From: Xanthobacteraceae bacterium
GTDB lineage: Bacteria > Pseudomonadota > Alphaproteobacteria > Rhizobiales > Xanthobacteraceae
Direction of reading: 5' to 3'
NCBI GenBank assembly: GCA_035690995.1
Contig: DASSJW010000587.1
Span: forward strand, 1 to 43,852
Length of the DNA: 43,852 nucleotides
Below are positions 7,616-15,680 of the stretch, one piece after another (positions within the stretch are counted from its first letter, which is position 1; each line of letters starts with the position of its first letter). The notes below the pieces were generated by a model. The model was given only the letters and a program-made list of their open reading frames with translations, was not told where the DNA came from and made no database searches. The position numbers were made by a program, and so were the translations under genes.

Positions 7616-9489
7616 CAGAGATACTCAACCTCGATCTCGAGGATGCCGCGCGTATCGTAGACGGAGCCGACGGGCTCAGTACCCATTGCCATCGCGGCTC
7701 CTATCGCCATGCACAGCGCAACCGCTGCGTCGATCTTGTTGGTAGCTCGCTCCTTCGCGAGCCAGTGATTGCCCCAGCGATCCTCGTCCGTGACCGCCGA
7801 CATCATCGCCGAAATCAGCACCGGATTGCGCCTCAGGCGGAGCCGACCCTCGTAAATCGCGTCCTCGAGCTCACGCAGCGAGCCAGGCATCCATAAACCT
7901 TCCGCCGCCCGGCCTTCCATGTCCGCGATCGCAACCATAGCGTCGCTCGGCTTGCCCTTCTTCGTGCCACCTTGCGGGTGCTCGACGAACTCAAGCTGAA
8001 GCCCGAACCTCTGGCATTCCTCCTCGAACCGCCGGAATGCGTACCGGTCATACGCGACAAGCCCGACCTCGAAGTCGCGACTGTCGTCCGCCAAGGCCTG
8101 CGCGACATGGTCGAAGCGGATGCTCTGGCCCTTCGGTGCCTGCAGGTGGCCCTGCTCAACCCAGACGTCGTACGGGGCCTTGTCCCGCAGGGCCCGTGCA
8201 GCGAGCGTGTCTCCTGGCGTCCACGCCTCGATCCACGCGTCATAAGTGGGCTTCGAGACGGTGACCTTTTCACCGTCGACTTCGACTTCAACGTCCATGC
8301 TGCCAGTGACAACCGCGGAAGCCTTCGCCGTGATGTCCCGGTTCTGCGAAAGGTCGATGCCTTCCGCAATGCGCTTGCCATGATGCTCGGCAGGGTCGAA
8401 ATCCGCCAAGCACGGCTCCAGCGCTGCACGCGTCATCCAAGCTGCTTCGGCGTCCGTCCAGCGGCAGAAGTGCAGTCGGAGGATGCCGTTGAGCTTGCCC
8501 GGGATCGCCTTGGCCTGGGCGACAACGCCGGCGAGATATTCCTCCGTGATCGTGACGCCGAGCAGCGGGTTGGCTTTCACCCAGCAACTCGGATCGTTCA
8601 GCGGATCGTCGTCAGGATCCAGTCCACAGACGAACGCGAAAGTAGTGTCGTCGATGACCTCGCCTAGATACGCGGGGTCATCATCTCTGGCGTCACGGTT
8701 GCCGGCCGCAACCTTGATTGCGTGTTCGTGCTCTTCCCAGCAGACGGACGTTCGATCCGTGCCGCTGTTCGTCGTCATCAGCAGGAGCGGCTGACGCCTG
8801 AACTTGAAGCCGCGCTCGAGCATTTCGAGCGTCCCGCGATCCGGATGCTCGTGGACCTCATCGCAGAGCGCCATGTGCGGACGCGGCCCCGAGCCTGTCT
8901 TGCGCGCTTCGCGGCTCACCGGCCGGAAGAACGACTGCTTCGCGTGGTATGCGAGGTTGAACTCTCGCCCCTCGCCGCCACTGGTCACCGTCCGAGACTC
9001 GATCTCGGGCGACTGCCTCCGCATCTTGATGGCGTCGCGGAACAGGATCGCCGCCTGGTCCTTCGTCGCGCCAGCGGAGTAGATCTCGGCGCCGGCCTCC
9101 CCGTCGGCCATCAATCCGTAGAGGCCAATTCCGCCGGCGAGCGGCGACTTCCCGTTGCCCTTCCCTTGCTCGATGTACGCGCGGCGGAACCGGCGCACTC
9201 CGCTTTCGCGCTTCCACCCGAACAGCGAGCCGACGATGAACGCCTGGCTCTCGTGAAGTACAAGCGGCCGGCCTTCGAACTGGCCTTCGCTGAGCTTCAG
9301 CTTCGTCTCAAAGAACCGGATCGCTCGATCGGCGGCAGCCGTGTCGAATTGCAATCCCCGTTCAGACCCGACCTTCAGATCGTCCAGATGCCGGCGACAT
9401 GCGTTGCGAACGTGCGGCCCGGCAACGACGGATCCGCCGAGCACTCGGCGTGCATATTCGGATGCTCGATCAGTCGTCGAAGAACTCAT
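7615..9489 (-). CDS. terL: terminase large subunit
   Basis: 624 aa. Walker-like region (YIEQGKGNGKS), LCDEVHEH motif and a C-terminal nuclease-type region. Synteny supports it. Confidence 0.9.
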   Translation of the reverse strand: MSSSTTDRASEYARRVLGGSVVAGPHVRNACRRHLDDLKVGSERGLQFDTAAADRAIRFFETKLKLSEGQFEGRPLVLHESQAFIVGSLFGWKRESGVRRFRRAYIEQGKGNGKSPLAGGIGLYGLMADGEAGAEIYSAGATKDQAAILFRDAIKMRRQSPEIESRTVTSGGEGREFNLAYHAKQSFFRPVSREARKTGSGPRPHMALCDEVHEHPDRGTLEMLERGFKFRRQPLLLMTTNSGTDRTSVCWEEHEHAIKVAAGNRDARDDDPAYLGEVIDDTTFAFVCGLDPDDDPLNDPSCWVKANPLLGVTITEEYLAGVVAQAKAIPGKLNGILRLHFCRWTDAEAAWMTRAALEPCLADFDPAEHHGKRIAEGIDLSQNRDITAKASAVVTGSMDVEVEVDGEKVTVSKPTYDAWIEAWTPGDTLAARALRDKAPYDVWVEQGHLQAPKGQSIRFDHVAQALADDSRDFEVGLVAYDRYAFRRFEEECQRFGLQLEFVEHPQGGTKKGKPSDAMVAIADMEGRAAEGLWMPGSLRELEDAIYEGRLRLRRNPVLISAMMSAVTDEDRWGNHWLAKERATNKIDAAVALCMAIGAAMAMGTEPVGSVYDTRGILEIEVEYL

Positions 9490-9868
9490 CCCGCTTCTGC
9501 CCTTCGCCAGCGCCGCCGCGATTGCGTTCGTCGCTCAGCCCGAGCTCAGCCAGGTAGTGGCGCAGCTGCGCATGGTTCGCTGCGGTGAACGAGCGCGGCG
9601 CCTCGCGGAATTGCGCCCACAGTTCACAGAATGCGATGGCGGCCGGCTCGCGTGAAACGTCCAACCAGTCCGCAGGCTCGATGTACCGCTTCCATGCAGC
9701 TGCCGCCTCGCCCTTCAGCGAACGCGGCTTGATCAGTGCGCCAAACTTGTCGGCCGTGGCGGCGACCTGAGCCGTTTTCTCGGCCTTGTTCCCATGGCGA
9801 TCGGCCCGGTGCGTCCCGTCGATGATCCGCAAATGGGCCGGCTTCGGCTTCGCTCCGGCAGTCGCCAT
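9470..9868 (-). CDS. terS: terminase small subunit (P27-like)
   Basis: 132 aa. PAHLRIIDGTHRADRHGN ... WKRYIEPADWL pattern of P27-family TerS. Overlaps the terL start. Confidence 0.75.
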   Translation of the reverse strand: MATAGAKPKPAHLRIIDGTHRADRHGNKAEKTAQVAATADKFGALIKPRSLKGEAAAAWKRYIEPADWLDVSREPAAIAFCELWAQFREAPRSFTAANHAQLRHYLAELGLSDERNRGGAGEGQKRDEFFDD

Positions 9869-9907
9869 GATGAAAATTCCCGGATTTTAAACTGACATTG
9901 CGGAAAA

Positions 9908-10276
9908 TTAGGGCGGGGGACGGTGTCCGCCCTCAGCCCCCTGGACTTTCGATGCCCCCCGGGGTGCCACCTGATCGGTCGGCCATCCGCCGGCATCGAC
10001 CGCCACCGTGACCTTCCGTCCGAACTGCTTCGCCGTGGCGATCTCATCGTGCCTGGCGCAGAGGTTCTCAGTGTTCTCGTCGACGTCTTCACCGCCTCGA
10101 GCGAGTGGGATGACGTGGTTGACGATCGTCGCTTCGACATAGCGGCCGAGCTTCAGGCACTCTTCGCAGAGGCCATTGGTGCGAGCGAGGCGACGCTTGC
10201 GCTGCCGTTGGCCAGCGCGACCGCGGAGCCGGGCATCGGGCTGAGATGGGTCTCGATGCCAAGGCTTGCGTGCCAT
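9908..10276 (-). CDS. HNH endonuclease
   Basis: 122 aa. CEEC...VNHVIPLARGGEDVDENTENLCARHD matches the HNH motif. The position next to terS is typical of HK97-like cos phages. Confidence 0.85.
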   Translation of the reverse strand: MARKPWHRDPSQPDARLRGRAGQRQRKRRLARTNGLCEECLKLGRYVEATIVNHVIPLARGGEDVDENTENLCARHDEIATAKQFGRKVTVAVDAGGWPTDQVAPRGASKVQGAEGGHRPPP

Positions 10277-10508
10277 GGTGCCTCGTGAATAGTCCCGCAG
10301 CTCAGCGCTGAGTTCGCTCTGTTCCGAAAGGGGGAGAGTTCGGTATCAGCGCTCAGTGTGGGCTGCGGGATCAGAGCGCGATGAGATGGGCTCACCGTGC
10401 ACTGATGTTCGATCATAGCAGTAGCAGTCCGACCCTCGCGCACCCTGCGCTGATGGTCGTCGCTGTGGCGCGGTTGGCACTGCCTCAAGGGCCCCAAGCG
10501 ATGCACGC
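10277..10508 (-). promoter_or_regulatory. structured non-coding gap; candidate cos region and/or antitermination target
   Basis: The only long gap in the leftward operon. 9-bp inverted repeat tcccgcagc (10293-10301) / gctgcggga (10362-10370) encloses the palindrome ctcagcgctgag. Confidence 0.4.
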
Positions 10509-11138
10509 CTAAGCTGCCCTCTGAGCAGCTGACCCCGTATTCCGGGATTTCGCGTTGCATATCTCGGACAAATCCAAAAGTGAAGTGTCCATCTTCACGG
10601 TCAATCGATCGCTGAAGCAGACGAGGGTGTGACCGTTCTCTGATCGTCTCACCACACCGGTCATACCGGCGAAGCTGCCGCCCTCCATCTTGACCCTGAC
10701 TTCGACGCCCTTGCCGAAGATGACGGTGGACCGCCGCTTGGGAGAGCGCTTCAGTTCGAGAAGCCGCAGCGACTGGAGCTGATGGTCGACGACGATGGCG
10801 ATTTTCTCACCCGACTTCATGACCGAGAAGCTGGCATGCGAGATCGCTCCGATGTGCGGCGTCATGCGCCTTGCCGAGAGGTCGAGCAGGTCGATGAGCC
10901 GGTCAATGCGAGCGAAGACATAGCTCGGCATGATGGGAAGGATGATCTCCCGCTTGAGGTTCGCCCTGGTCACACGGACGGTCTTCGTCTCGATCGGCGT
11001 CCAGACCTCGAAGCCATCCTTCGCGAGCGTCCCAGCCAGGCGCAGCGTGTGGCGGCCGTCCATGCGCAGAACACACCATCCGAGCTCATCTCCAATCACC
11101 GCTCCACCCCCAACACGCTTACCGGCGCCCTTCACCAA
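10509..11138 (-). CDS. NusG/RfaH-like transcription antitermination paralog (NGN + KOW)
   Basis: 209 aa. WCVLRMDGRHTLRLAGTLAKDGFEVWTPI...ILPIMPSYVFARI is NGN-like. FGKGVEVRVKMEGGSFAGMTGVV is KOW-like. Confidence 0.7.
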   Translation of the reverse strand: MVKGAGKRVGGGAVIGDELGWCVLRMDGRHTLRLAGTLAKDGFEVWTPIETKTVRVTRANLKREIILPIMPSYVFARIDRLIDLLDLSARRMTPHIGAISHASFSVMKSGEKIAIVVDHQLQSLRLLELKRSPKRRSTVIFGKGVEVRVKMEGGSFAGMTGVVRRSENGHTLVCFSDRLTVKMDTSLLDLSEICNAKSRNTGSAAQRAA

Positions 11139-12174
11139 CCGAGAGCGACTGCGCCGTTCGCCTCGTGATTTCCGCTGCCGACAGCGCCACTGCCGAGAGA
11201 TCCGCTTTTTGCCCGGTACGGTCTTCGTGGATGCCCTTGATGGTGCTCTCGAAGCGCTTCAGCGTCCGGGTGACCTCGCTCGGCCGCTTGCGCCGCGCCT
11301 TGCCAATGCCAGCCAGAATATCCCGATGAAGATCGAAGCCAGCCAATAGCCAGCGGTCCAGCGTGCTGAGCGCATCCATCCGAGCGCTGTCGTCTGGCGG
11401 GTGCCATGACGCCGCGGCGCAGACCTCGTTGAAGCACAACGCGGCAGTCGGAGTTTCGAAGCCGTTCGCGCGCGTTGGCTCGGCGTTGGAATTTGAATGC
11501 TGAGGGTTGGCTTGGCCACTAACCTCAGTTTCTTTCTTCTTAAGTTCTGTTCTGTTTAGTTCTGTTCTGTTGGAGGCCGTTTCACGCGTGACATTTGCGG
11601 CGCGGTCGCGTGACAAATCGGAATTGTCACACGCGACATTTTCGCCAGATTGATCGAAAAGCGGCCCCGGTGTTGCTGGCGCAGCTTCGATCAACTGAGC
11701 GATCTTCTCCGGCCGTCCGAGCTTCGTCCATTGCTCGAACGTCGGACCGTCCAGCCGGTTGTTTGGATAGCGCTCGTTGTGCTTGCGGATGGTCGCGAGC
11801 AGCGTGGCATGCCGCTTCCGCAGCTTGTCATCCCACATGTCGCGCGCCTTCTCGGCAACGACAGGATGATAGAGACGGCCGTCACTGCACATTACGAAGC
11901 CGCGCAAGGCGCCTTCGCGCACTTTCTTCCAGGCCTTCACGACCTTCCCGTAGCCAGCCAGCTGGGCGAGCATGCGATCATCGTCTGGCAGTGAGGCGGC
12001 AGGCACCTGGTGCCATGCCGCGCCCCATAGGAGGATCGCGGCGAGCACCGCCTCCGGATCTTCGAGTACAACGAGATCGCTGTCCCGAAAGCGCTGCACA
12101 TCGAGGAGCATGCTCGGCACGCTCCGCAAATCGCAGTCCGCCGGCGTCAGGGGCGATGGGAGCTTGTCGGTCAT
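11119..12174 (-). CDS. DUF1376/YdaU-like protein, putative replication initiator
   Basis: 351 aa. N-terminal pattern DVQRFRDSDL...AAILLWGAAWHQVPAASLPDDDRMLAQLAG. Low-GC linker carrying DNA repeats. ATGA overlap with the upstream gene. Confidence 0.5.
   Translation of the reverse strand: MTDKLPSPLTPADCDLRSVPSMLLDVQRFRDSDLVVLEDPEAVLAAILLWGAAWHQVPAASLPDDDRMLAQLAGYGKVVKAWKKVREGALRGFVMCSDGRLYHPVVAEKARDMWDDKLRKRHATLLATIRKHNERYPNNRLDGPTFEQWTKLGRPEKIAQLIEAAPATPGPLFDQSGENVACDNSDLSRDRAANVTRETASNRTELNRTELKKKETEVSGQANPQHSNSNAEPTRANGFETPTAALCFNEVCAAASWHPPDDSARMDALSTLDRWLLAGFDLHRDILAGIGKARRKRPSEVTRTLKRFESTIKGIHEDRTGQKADLSAVALSAAEITRRTAQSLSVGEGRR
11520..11650. repeat. ori-like repeat cluster inside the DUF1376 gene
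   Basis: 15-bp tandem agttctgttctgtt(t/g) at 11543-11572. CGCGTGACA at 11585 and 11607, the variant CGCGACA at 11632, and an inverted TGTCAC at 11625. AT-richer than the flanks by eye. Confidence 0.45.
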
Positions 12175-13415
12175 GCAAGAAATTCCCGAAACAGGACGGG
12201 CTGCACCGAGCCGTCAGGATAGACCGCGTCGAGCCAGCTATCGGCTCTCGGTTCGTCACCTTCCCACTTCTCGGGAAAGGTCCGCGCTGCGATCAGCTCG
12301 CGGATGCGCGCCTCCTCTTCCGCATTGATGGGGTCGACGCGGGCCCGGCGCTGGATATCGAGAATGCGCTCAAGCGCCTCGGAGCGAGCTTCCAGCGTCA
12401 GCGGGCCCATGCGCTGGGGGTTCTTCGCGATCGAGCCGTCCTTGAGCTTCTCGGCGCCAGACTTGCGCAGTCGCTGCTGCGGCAGCCTCATCCATCGATA
12501 GAGCGGCTTCAGTTCAAGGAGAGGCTCTAGATGGGCCCACTGAGGCAGCGCGATCACCGCCTCTAGGGCGACGTCCTTGGAAGCGAGCGGACAACCGATG
12601 CAGCCGGTGCGCGCATTGATCTCCTGCGCCTCATCTCCGCCGTAGGCGTCGGCGAGGATCCGTGTCGGCCAAGCCCCGAACTCTGGCAGCGTCGCGTAGA
12701 AGTTAAGCCAGTCCCAGACGATACAGACGCGCCAGTGAAGCAGCGGCGCCAGCGTCGCGATCCGTCCTCTGATGCCCTTCGCGCCTGGCAGGACCTGCTG
12801 ATACCAGCCTTGCCCGCACTCGGCGCCATCCTTCGAGCAGGACATGGCGATACGGCCATCGCGTACGGCGCTTTCACCTTCGCGAACACCGGTGATCATC
12901 AGAGCTGTGCCAGGCAGCGTCGCTATGGCCTCTTCGAGCGCCGCCGCCATCGGCTCGACCTTGATCTGGCGCGTGCACCAGCGGAGCGTATTGTTGTTCG
13001 GTGGCGGCACGCCGCGGCCGAGAATGTAGACCATGAAGCGCTTGTCGAGCGGAGCACGGACAACCACGACCTCGATCCAGTTGCGGCCCTTCAGCTTCTC
13101 GATGATCGCGTTCGCAGCCTCCTGCAGAGGCGGCAGCTCTTGGCGGGTGTCCGCGTAGAACACGTAGAGGCGTTCCGGCTGCGGCAACTCGCCGGCCTCG
13201 ATCAGGTGGACCAGCAGCGTCAGGGTCGCGGTGCTATCCTTGCCGCCGGACCAGGCAACAGCGACGTGGCTGTGGCGCGGCCAATATTCTCGAAGCGACT
13301 GGAGCGTGAGCTCGACAGCCTCTTCGTGCACCATGCGCGCACCCCCGGCGAATAGATTGCTTTGCCGAACGTTCACGGCAGCAGCTCCTGCTGCAGCGCG
13401 TTCTCCATGCGCCAT
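12171..13415 (-). CDS. DndC-like PP-loop / PAPS-reductase-family protein
   Basis: 414 aa (start could be 13334). WSGGKDSTA P-loop, RWCTRQIKVEP, ITGVREGES, and Cys motif RTGCIGCPLASKD resembling the DndC C-terminal cluster. Confidence 0.7.
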   Translation of the reverse strand: MAHGERAAAGAAAVNVRQSNLFAGGARMVHEEAVELTLQSLREYWPRHSHVAVAWSGGKDSTATLTLLVHLIEAGELPQPERLYVFYADTRQELPPLQEAANAIIEKLKGRNWIEVVVVRAPLDKRFMVYILGRGVPPPNNNTLRWCTRQIKVEPMAAALEEAIATLPGTALMITGVREGESAVRDGRIAMSCSKDGAECGQGWYQQVLPGAKGIRGRIATLAPLLHWRVCIVWDWLNFYATLPEFGAWPTRILADAYGGDEAQEINARTGCIGCPLASKDVALEAVIALPQWAHLEPLLELKPLYRWMRLPQQRLRKSGAEKLKDGSIAKNPQRMGPLTLEARSEALERILDIQRRARVDPINAEEEARIRELIAARTFPEKWEGDEPRADSWLDAVYPDGSVQPVLFREFLA

Positions 13416-13918
13416 GGCGGCGTGACACCGGCGACGCTCAGCTGATAGTCGAGCAGCCCACAGGCCTCCGCGGCGTCATGCTTGATCGCGTCGAAGCCGA
13501 GCTCGCGGCAGCGCTTCATCGCCATCGCCTTGAGATCCGGCGTCTTCGTGCCCCGCGGCATCTTGCCGATGAAGTGGCGACGCCAGGCGGCGATGCCGAC
13601 AGGACGGTAGCGAGCGCCTATCGCTTCGGCGAAGCTCATACAGTGGGCAGCGAGGCCGGCTGCAGCGGCAACCGTCTCAGCGTTCGTATGCCCCTGGAGC
13701 ATGAATGGGGGGATCGCCTCTTCGAAGACAAGCTCGTTGATGGCGTTGACCTTGTGCAGGTCCATGAGGTTGCGGTGCAGGCGCACGAAGGCGCGCCCAG
13801 CAAACTGGATGCCCGGAGCAAGAGCCCAAGTGCCGCAGGCGGGCTTCGCCTGGCCGTCAGACCAGAAGGCGAAGCCCGTGCTTTTTACGGACAGGTCGAG
13901 AGCGACGTAGGTCGGCAC
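13373..13918 (-). CDS. RuvC-like Holliday junction resolvase
   Basis: 181 aa. ALDLSVKSTGFAFW near the N-terminus, EEA in the middle and KHDAAEA near the C-terminus match the RuvC-fold acidic motifs. Confidence 0.7.
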   Translation of the reverse strand: MPTYVALDLSVKSTGFAFWSDGQAKPACGTWALAPGIQFAGRAFVRLHRNLMDLHKVNAINELVFEEAIPPFMLQGHTNAETVAAAAGLAAHCMSFAEAIGARYRPVGIAAWRRHFIGKMPRGTKTPDLKAMAMKRCRELGFDAIKHDAAEACGLLDYQLSVAGVTPPWRMENALQQELLP

Positions 13919-14283
13919 TACTGGACCGTTGCGAGGCTCTCGGCGCCCATGCCGCGGCCGGCCACAACAGGCATTTCGGGCGCGTCCTGGTCGTTCATGG
14001 CGTCAACCAAGTCACGGCTGATGCCGATCTCGAGCGCCTTCATGCCGCCGTAGAGGGTGCGCAGGAAGTCGTCCCGCGTCTCTTCGCTCTCGTTGTAGAG
14101 GCGATGCAGCAGCTTAGCCGCCCGCTTGTTGCAGTGGCACTCGTCCTCGATCGCCTTCCAGGCAGCCGACAGGTCGCCGCGGGCCTTCGAGTTCTTCTCC
14201 TCGGCCGGCTTGATGTCGGCGAGGAAGATCGACTTCATGCGCTTGAAGTCGGGTGCGTGGGTCTCGTTACCGTTCGGGGGCAT
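13918..14283 (-). CDS. hypothetical early protein
   Basis: 121 aa with a GGAGAGG SD. Only a weak resemblance to DUF2312/GapR-like helical proteins. Confidence 0.55.
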   Translation of the reverse strand: MPPNGNETHAPDFKRMKSIFLADIKPAEEKNSKARGDLSAAWKAIEDECHCNKRAAKLLHRLYNESEETRDDFLRTLYGGMKALEIGISRDLVDAMNDQDAPEMPVVAGRGMGAESLATVQ

Positions 14284-14284
14284 T

Positions 14285-14422
14285 CTACCTCTCCTTCGGT
14301 GGTCTGGACTTGCGTTGCGGCTCCACCGGCAGCCGCAGTTGAAATCCGTCGTTCGGCCATCGCCGATCGAGGGTGAGACACTCGCCGCAGTCGCATCGCT
14401 GGTCGTGAATGAGGCGCCTCAT
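14285..14422 (-). CDS. 45-aa Cys-containing micro-protein (not separately listed in ORF track)
   Basis: ATG 14420-14422 overlaps the stop of the 91-aa gene (ATGA). MRRLIHDQRCDCGECL... It fills an otherwise empty 136-nt gap. Confidence 0.4.
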   Translation of the reverse strand: MRRLIHDQRCDCGECLTLDRRWPNDGFQLRLPVEPQRKSRPPKER

Positions 14423-14694
14423 GCAGCCGCCTTGACGCGTGGGCTCAAGCGCTTCGGGACGCTGACCATGCATCCGCCCTTCATGAGCAGGCGGGACGTC
14501 TCCCCGCGTCGGATTGTGATGTCGCGGTGGCTGAAGCAGTGAACTTGGCTGCCCCACTCCGCCGATTTCGCAGCGTCGAAATCGTCCCAATCCTCTTCCG
14601 TGAGATAGAACCACTGAGGCTTGCTCTCAGGATAACGAGAGCGGGCACGGTCGATCGCCACGTCCATTCGCATGATGATGATCGAGTCGCTCAC
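14419..14694 (-). CDS. hypothetical early protein
   Basis: 91 aa with a 4-nt overlap with the upstream gene. Confidence 0.55.
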   Translation of the reverse strand: MSDSIIIMRMDVAIDRARSRYPESKPQWFYLTEEDWDDFDAAKSAEWGSQVHCFSHRDITIRRGETSRLLMKGGCMVSVPKRLSPRVKAAA

Positions 14695-15482
14695 AGGTTG
14701 ATCTCTCCCGTGACGCCGCCAAGCGTTTGCTCAGGCAATGGAGCGCGGAACGGCACGACTTCGACGATGCCGGCGCCTGCCTGGACCTTGGCGAGCTGCT
14801 CTTCAAAACTCAGCGAGCGACGTGAGCTCGCACGTGCCGGCGCGGCAGGCTTCGCTGGCGGCACCTGGATGGCTGGCGGCGGCTTCGATTCCGGTGCCAA
14901 AGGCTTGGCAATCGCGAGTGGCTCTGGCGCGAGTGGAGCACTACGCGTGATCCCGGCGTGGCTTACACGGTTGTAGATCGATTGTGCGTTTCGATGAGGC
15001 AGGCGCTTCTGGACGCCCTTCAGGCCTTCCGTCGGATAGACGGTGGCCAAGATCTCATCTTCGTCTGGCGTCCATAGCCGCTTTGTCTTGGGCGTGTTCG
15101 TTGCTCGCAAGCCGAGCTTTTGAACCTTCGTCTTGATGCTGCGCGTGCTGTGGTTGGGGAACAGCCCGATGACGCCGGTCAGGCCGACATCGGGGTATCT
15201 TTCCGAGAGCAGCGCGACCTCTGCATCAGTCCATTCGTTCTTCGGTCGCTTGGTGATGCGCGGGTTGATCGCCCGCTTCTTCGGTTTCGAAGCAGTATCC
15301 GGCTTCGCGGACTCTGGCCATGTCTGGCTCGGCGGCGGTGTGTCAGCTGGGGTCGGCGGTAGGGGCTGATGTGAGACGAGCTCGAGTAGAACGCGTTCGA
15401 GCGTCCGCTCCTCGATCTGAAGCTCGGCGATCCGCTCGCGAGTGCGCGCGAGTTCCACCTGGACGACGTCGACCGGCTCCAT
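14691..15482 (-). CDS. protein with two Myb/SANT-like repeats
   Basis: 263 aa. Repeats EWTDAEVALLSERYP...STRSIKTKVQKLGL and LWTPDEDEILATVYP...NAQSIYNRVSHAGI. N-terminal coiled coil and Pro-rich linkers. Confidence 0.6.
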   Translation of the reverse strand: MEPVDVVQVELARTRERIAELQIEERTLERVLLELVSHQPLPPTPADTPPPSQTWPESAKPDTASKPKKRAINPRITKRPKNEWTDAEVALLSERYPDVGLTGVIGLFPNHSTRSIKTKVQKLGLRATNTPKTKRLWTPDEDEILATVYPTEGLKGVQKRLPHRNAQSIYNRVSHAGITRSAPLAPEPLAIAKPLAPESKPPPAIQVPPAKPAAPARASSRRSLSFEEQLAKVQAGAGIVEVVPFRAPLPEQTLGGVTGEINL

Positions 15483-15640
15483 CAGAACCCTCGCCGCTCC
15501 TGGTCAAATCGGACCTCATCTTGTGTCCGATGACCCTCAAAGGGCATGTGACCGCGCGCGGGTCGAGCGCGGGGCAGCAGGATGAATTCTTCTGTCCGCG
15601 CGCCGACAAGCGGTCGCGCGCTACTGCTCACGTTCTGCAT
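15482..15640 (-). CDS. 52-aa micro-protein (below ORF-track cutoff)
   Basis: Translated by hand: MQNVSSSARPLVGARTEEFILLPRARPARGHMPFEGHRTQDEVRFDQERRGF. GGAGGG SD 7 nt upstream. Stop overlaps the next ATG by 1 nt. Confidence 0.45.
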   Translation of the reverse strand: MQNVSSSARPLVGARTEEFILLPRARPARGHMPFEGHRTQDEVRFDQERRGF

Positions 15641-15680
15641 GTCTTACCCTCCACCGCCGCCCGACTGGGTGGCGCCAAAT

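Noticed and set aside
7972-9588. 231-aa and 288-aa plus-strand ORFs
   Set aside because: Both are antisense to the terminase large subunit gene and have no independent signals.
10153-10560. 135-aa minus-strand ORF spanning the structured gap
   Set aside because: It overlaps the NusG-like 3' end and the HNH 5' end, has no SD and an unconvincing composition. The region is better explained as non-coding (cos or RNA structure).
11543-11572. 15-bp tandem repeat as a possible CRISPR or VNTR
   Set aside because: There are only two adjacent copies with no spacers, and they lie inside a coding linker. It is treated instead as part of an ori-like cluster.
11595-12530. 311-aa plus-strand ORF
   Set aside because: It is antisense to the DUF1376-like and DndC-like genes and is an Arg/Ala/Ser-rich shadow frame.
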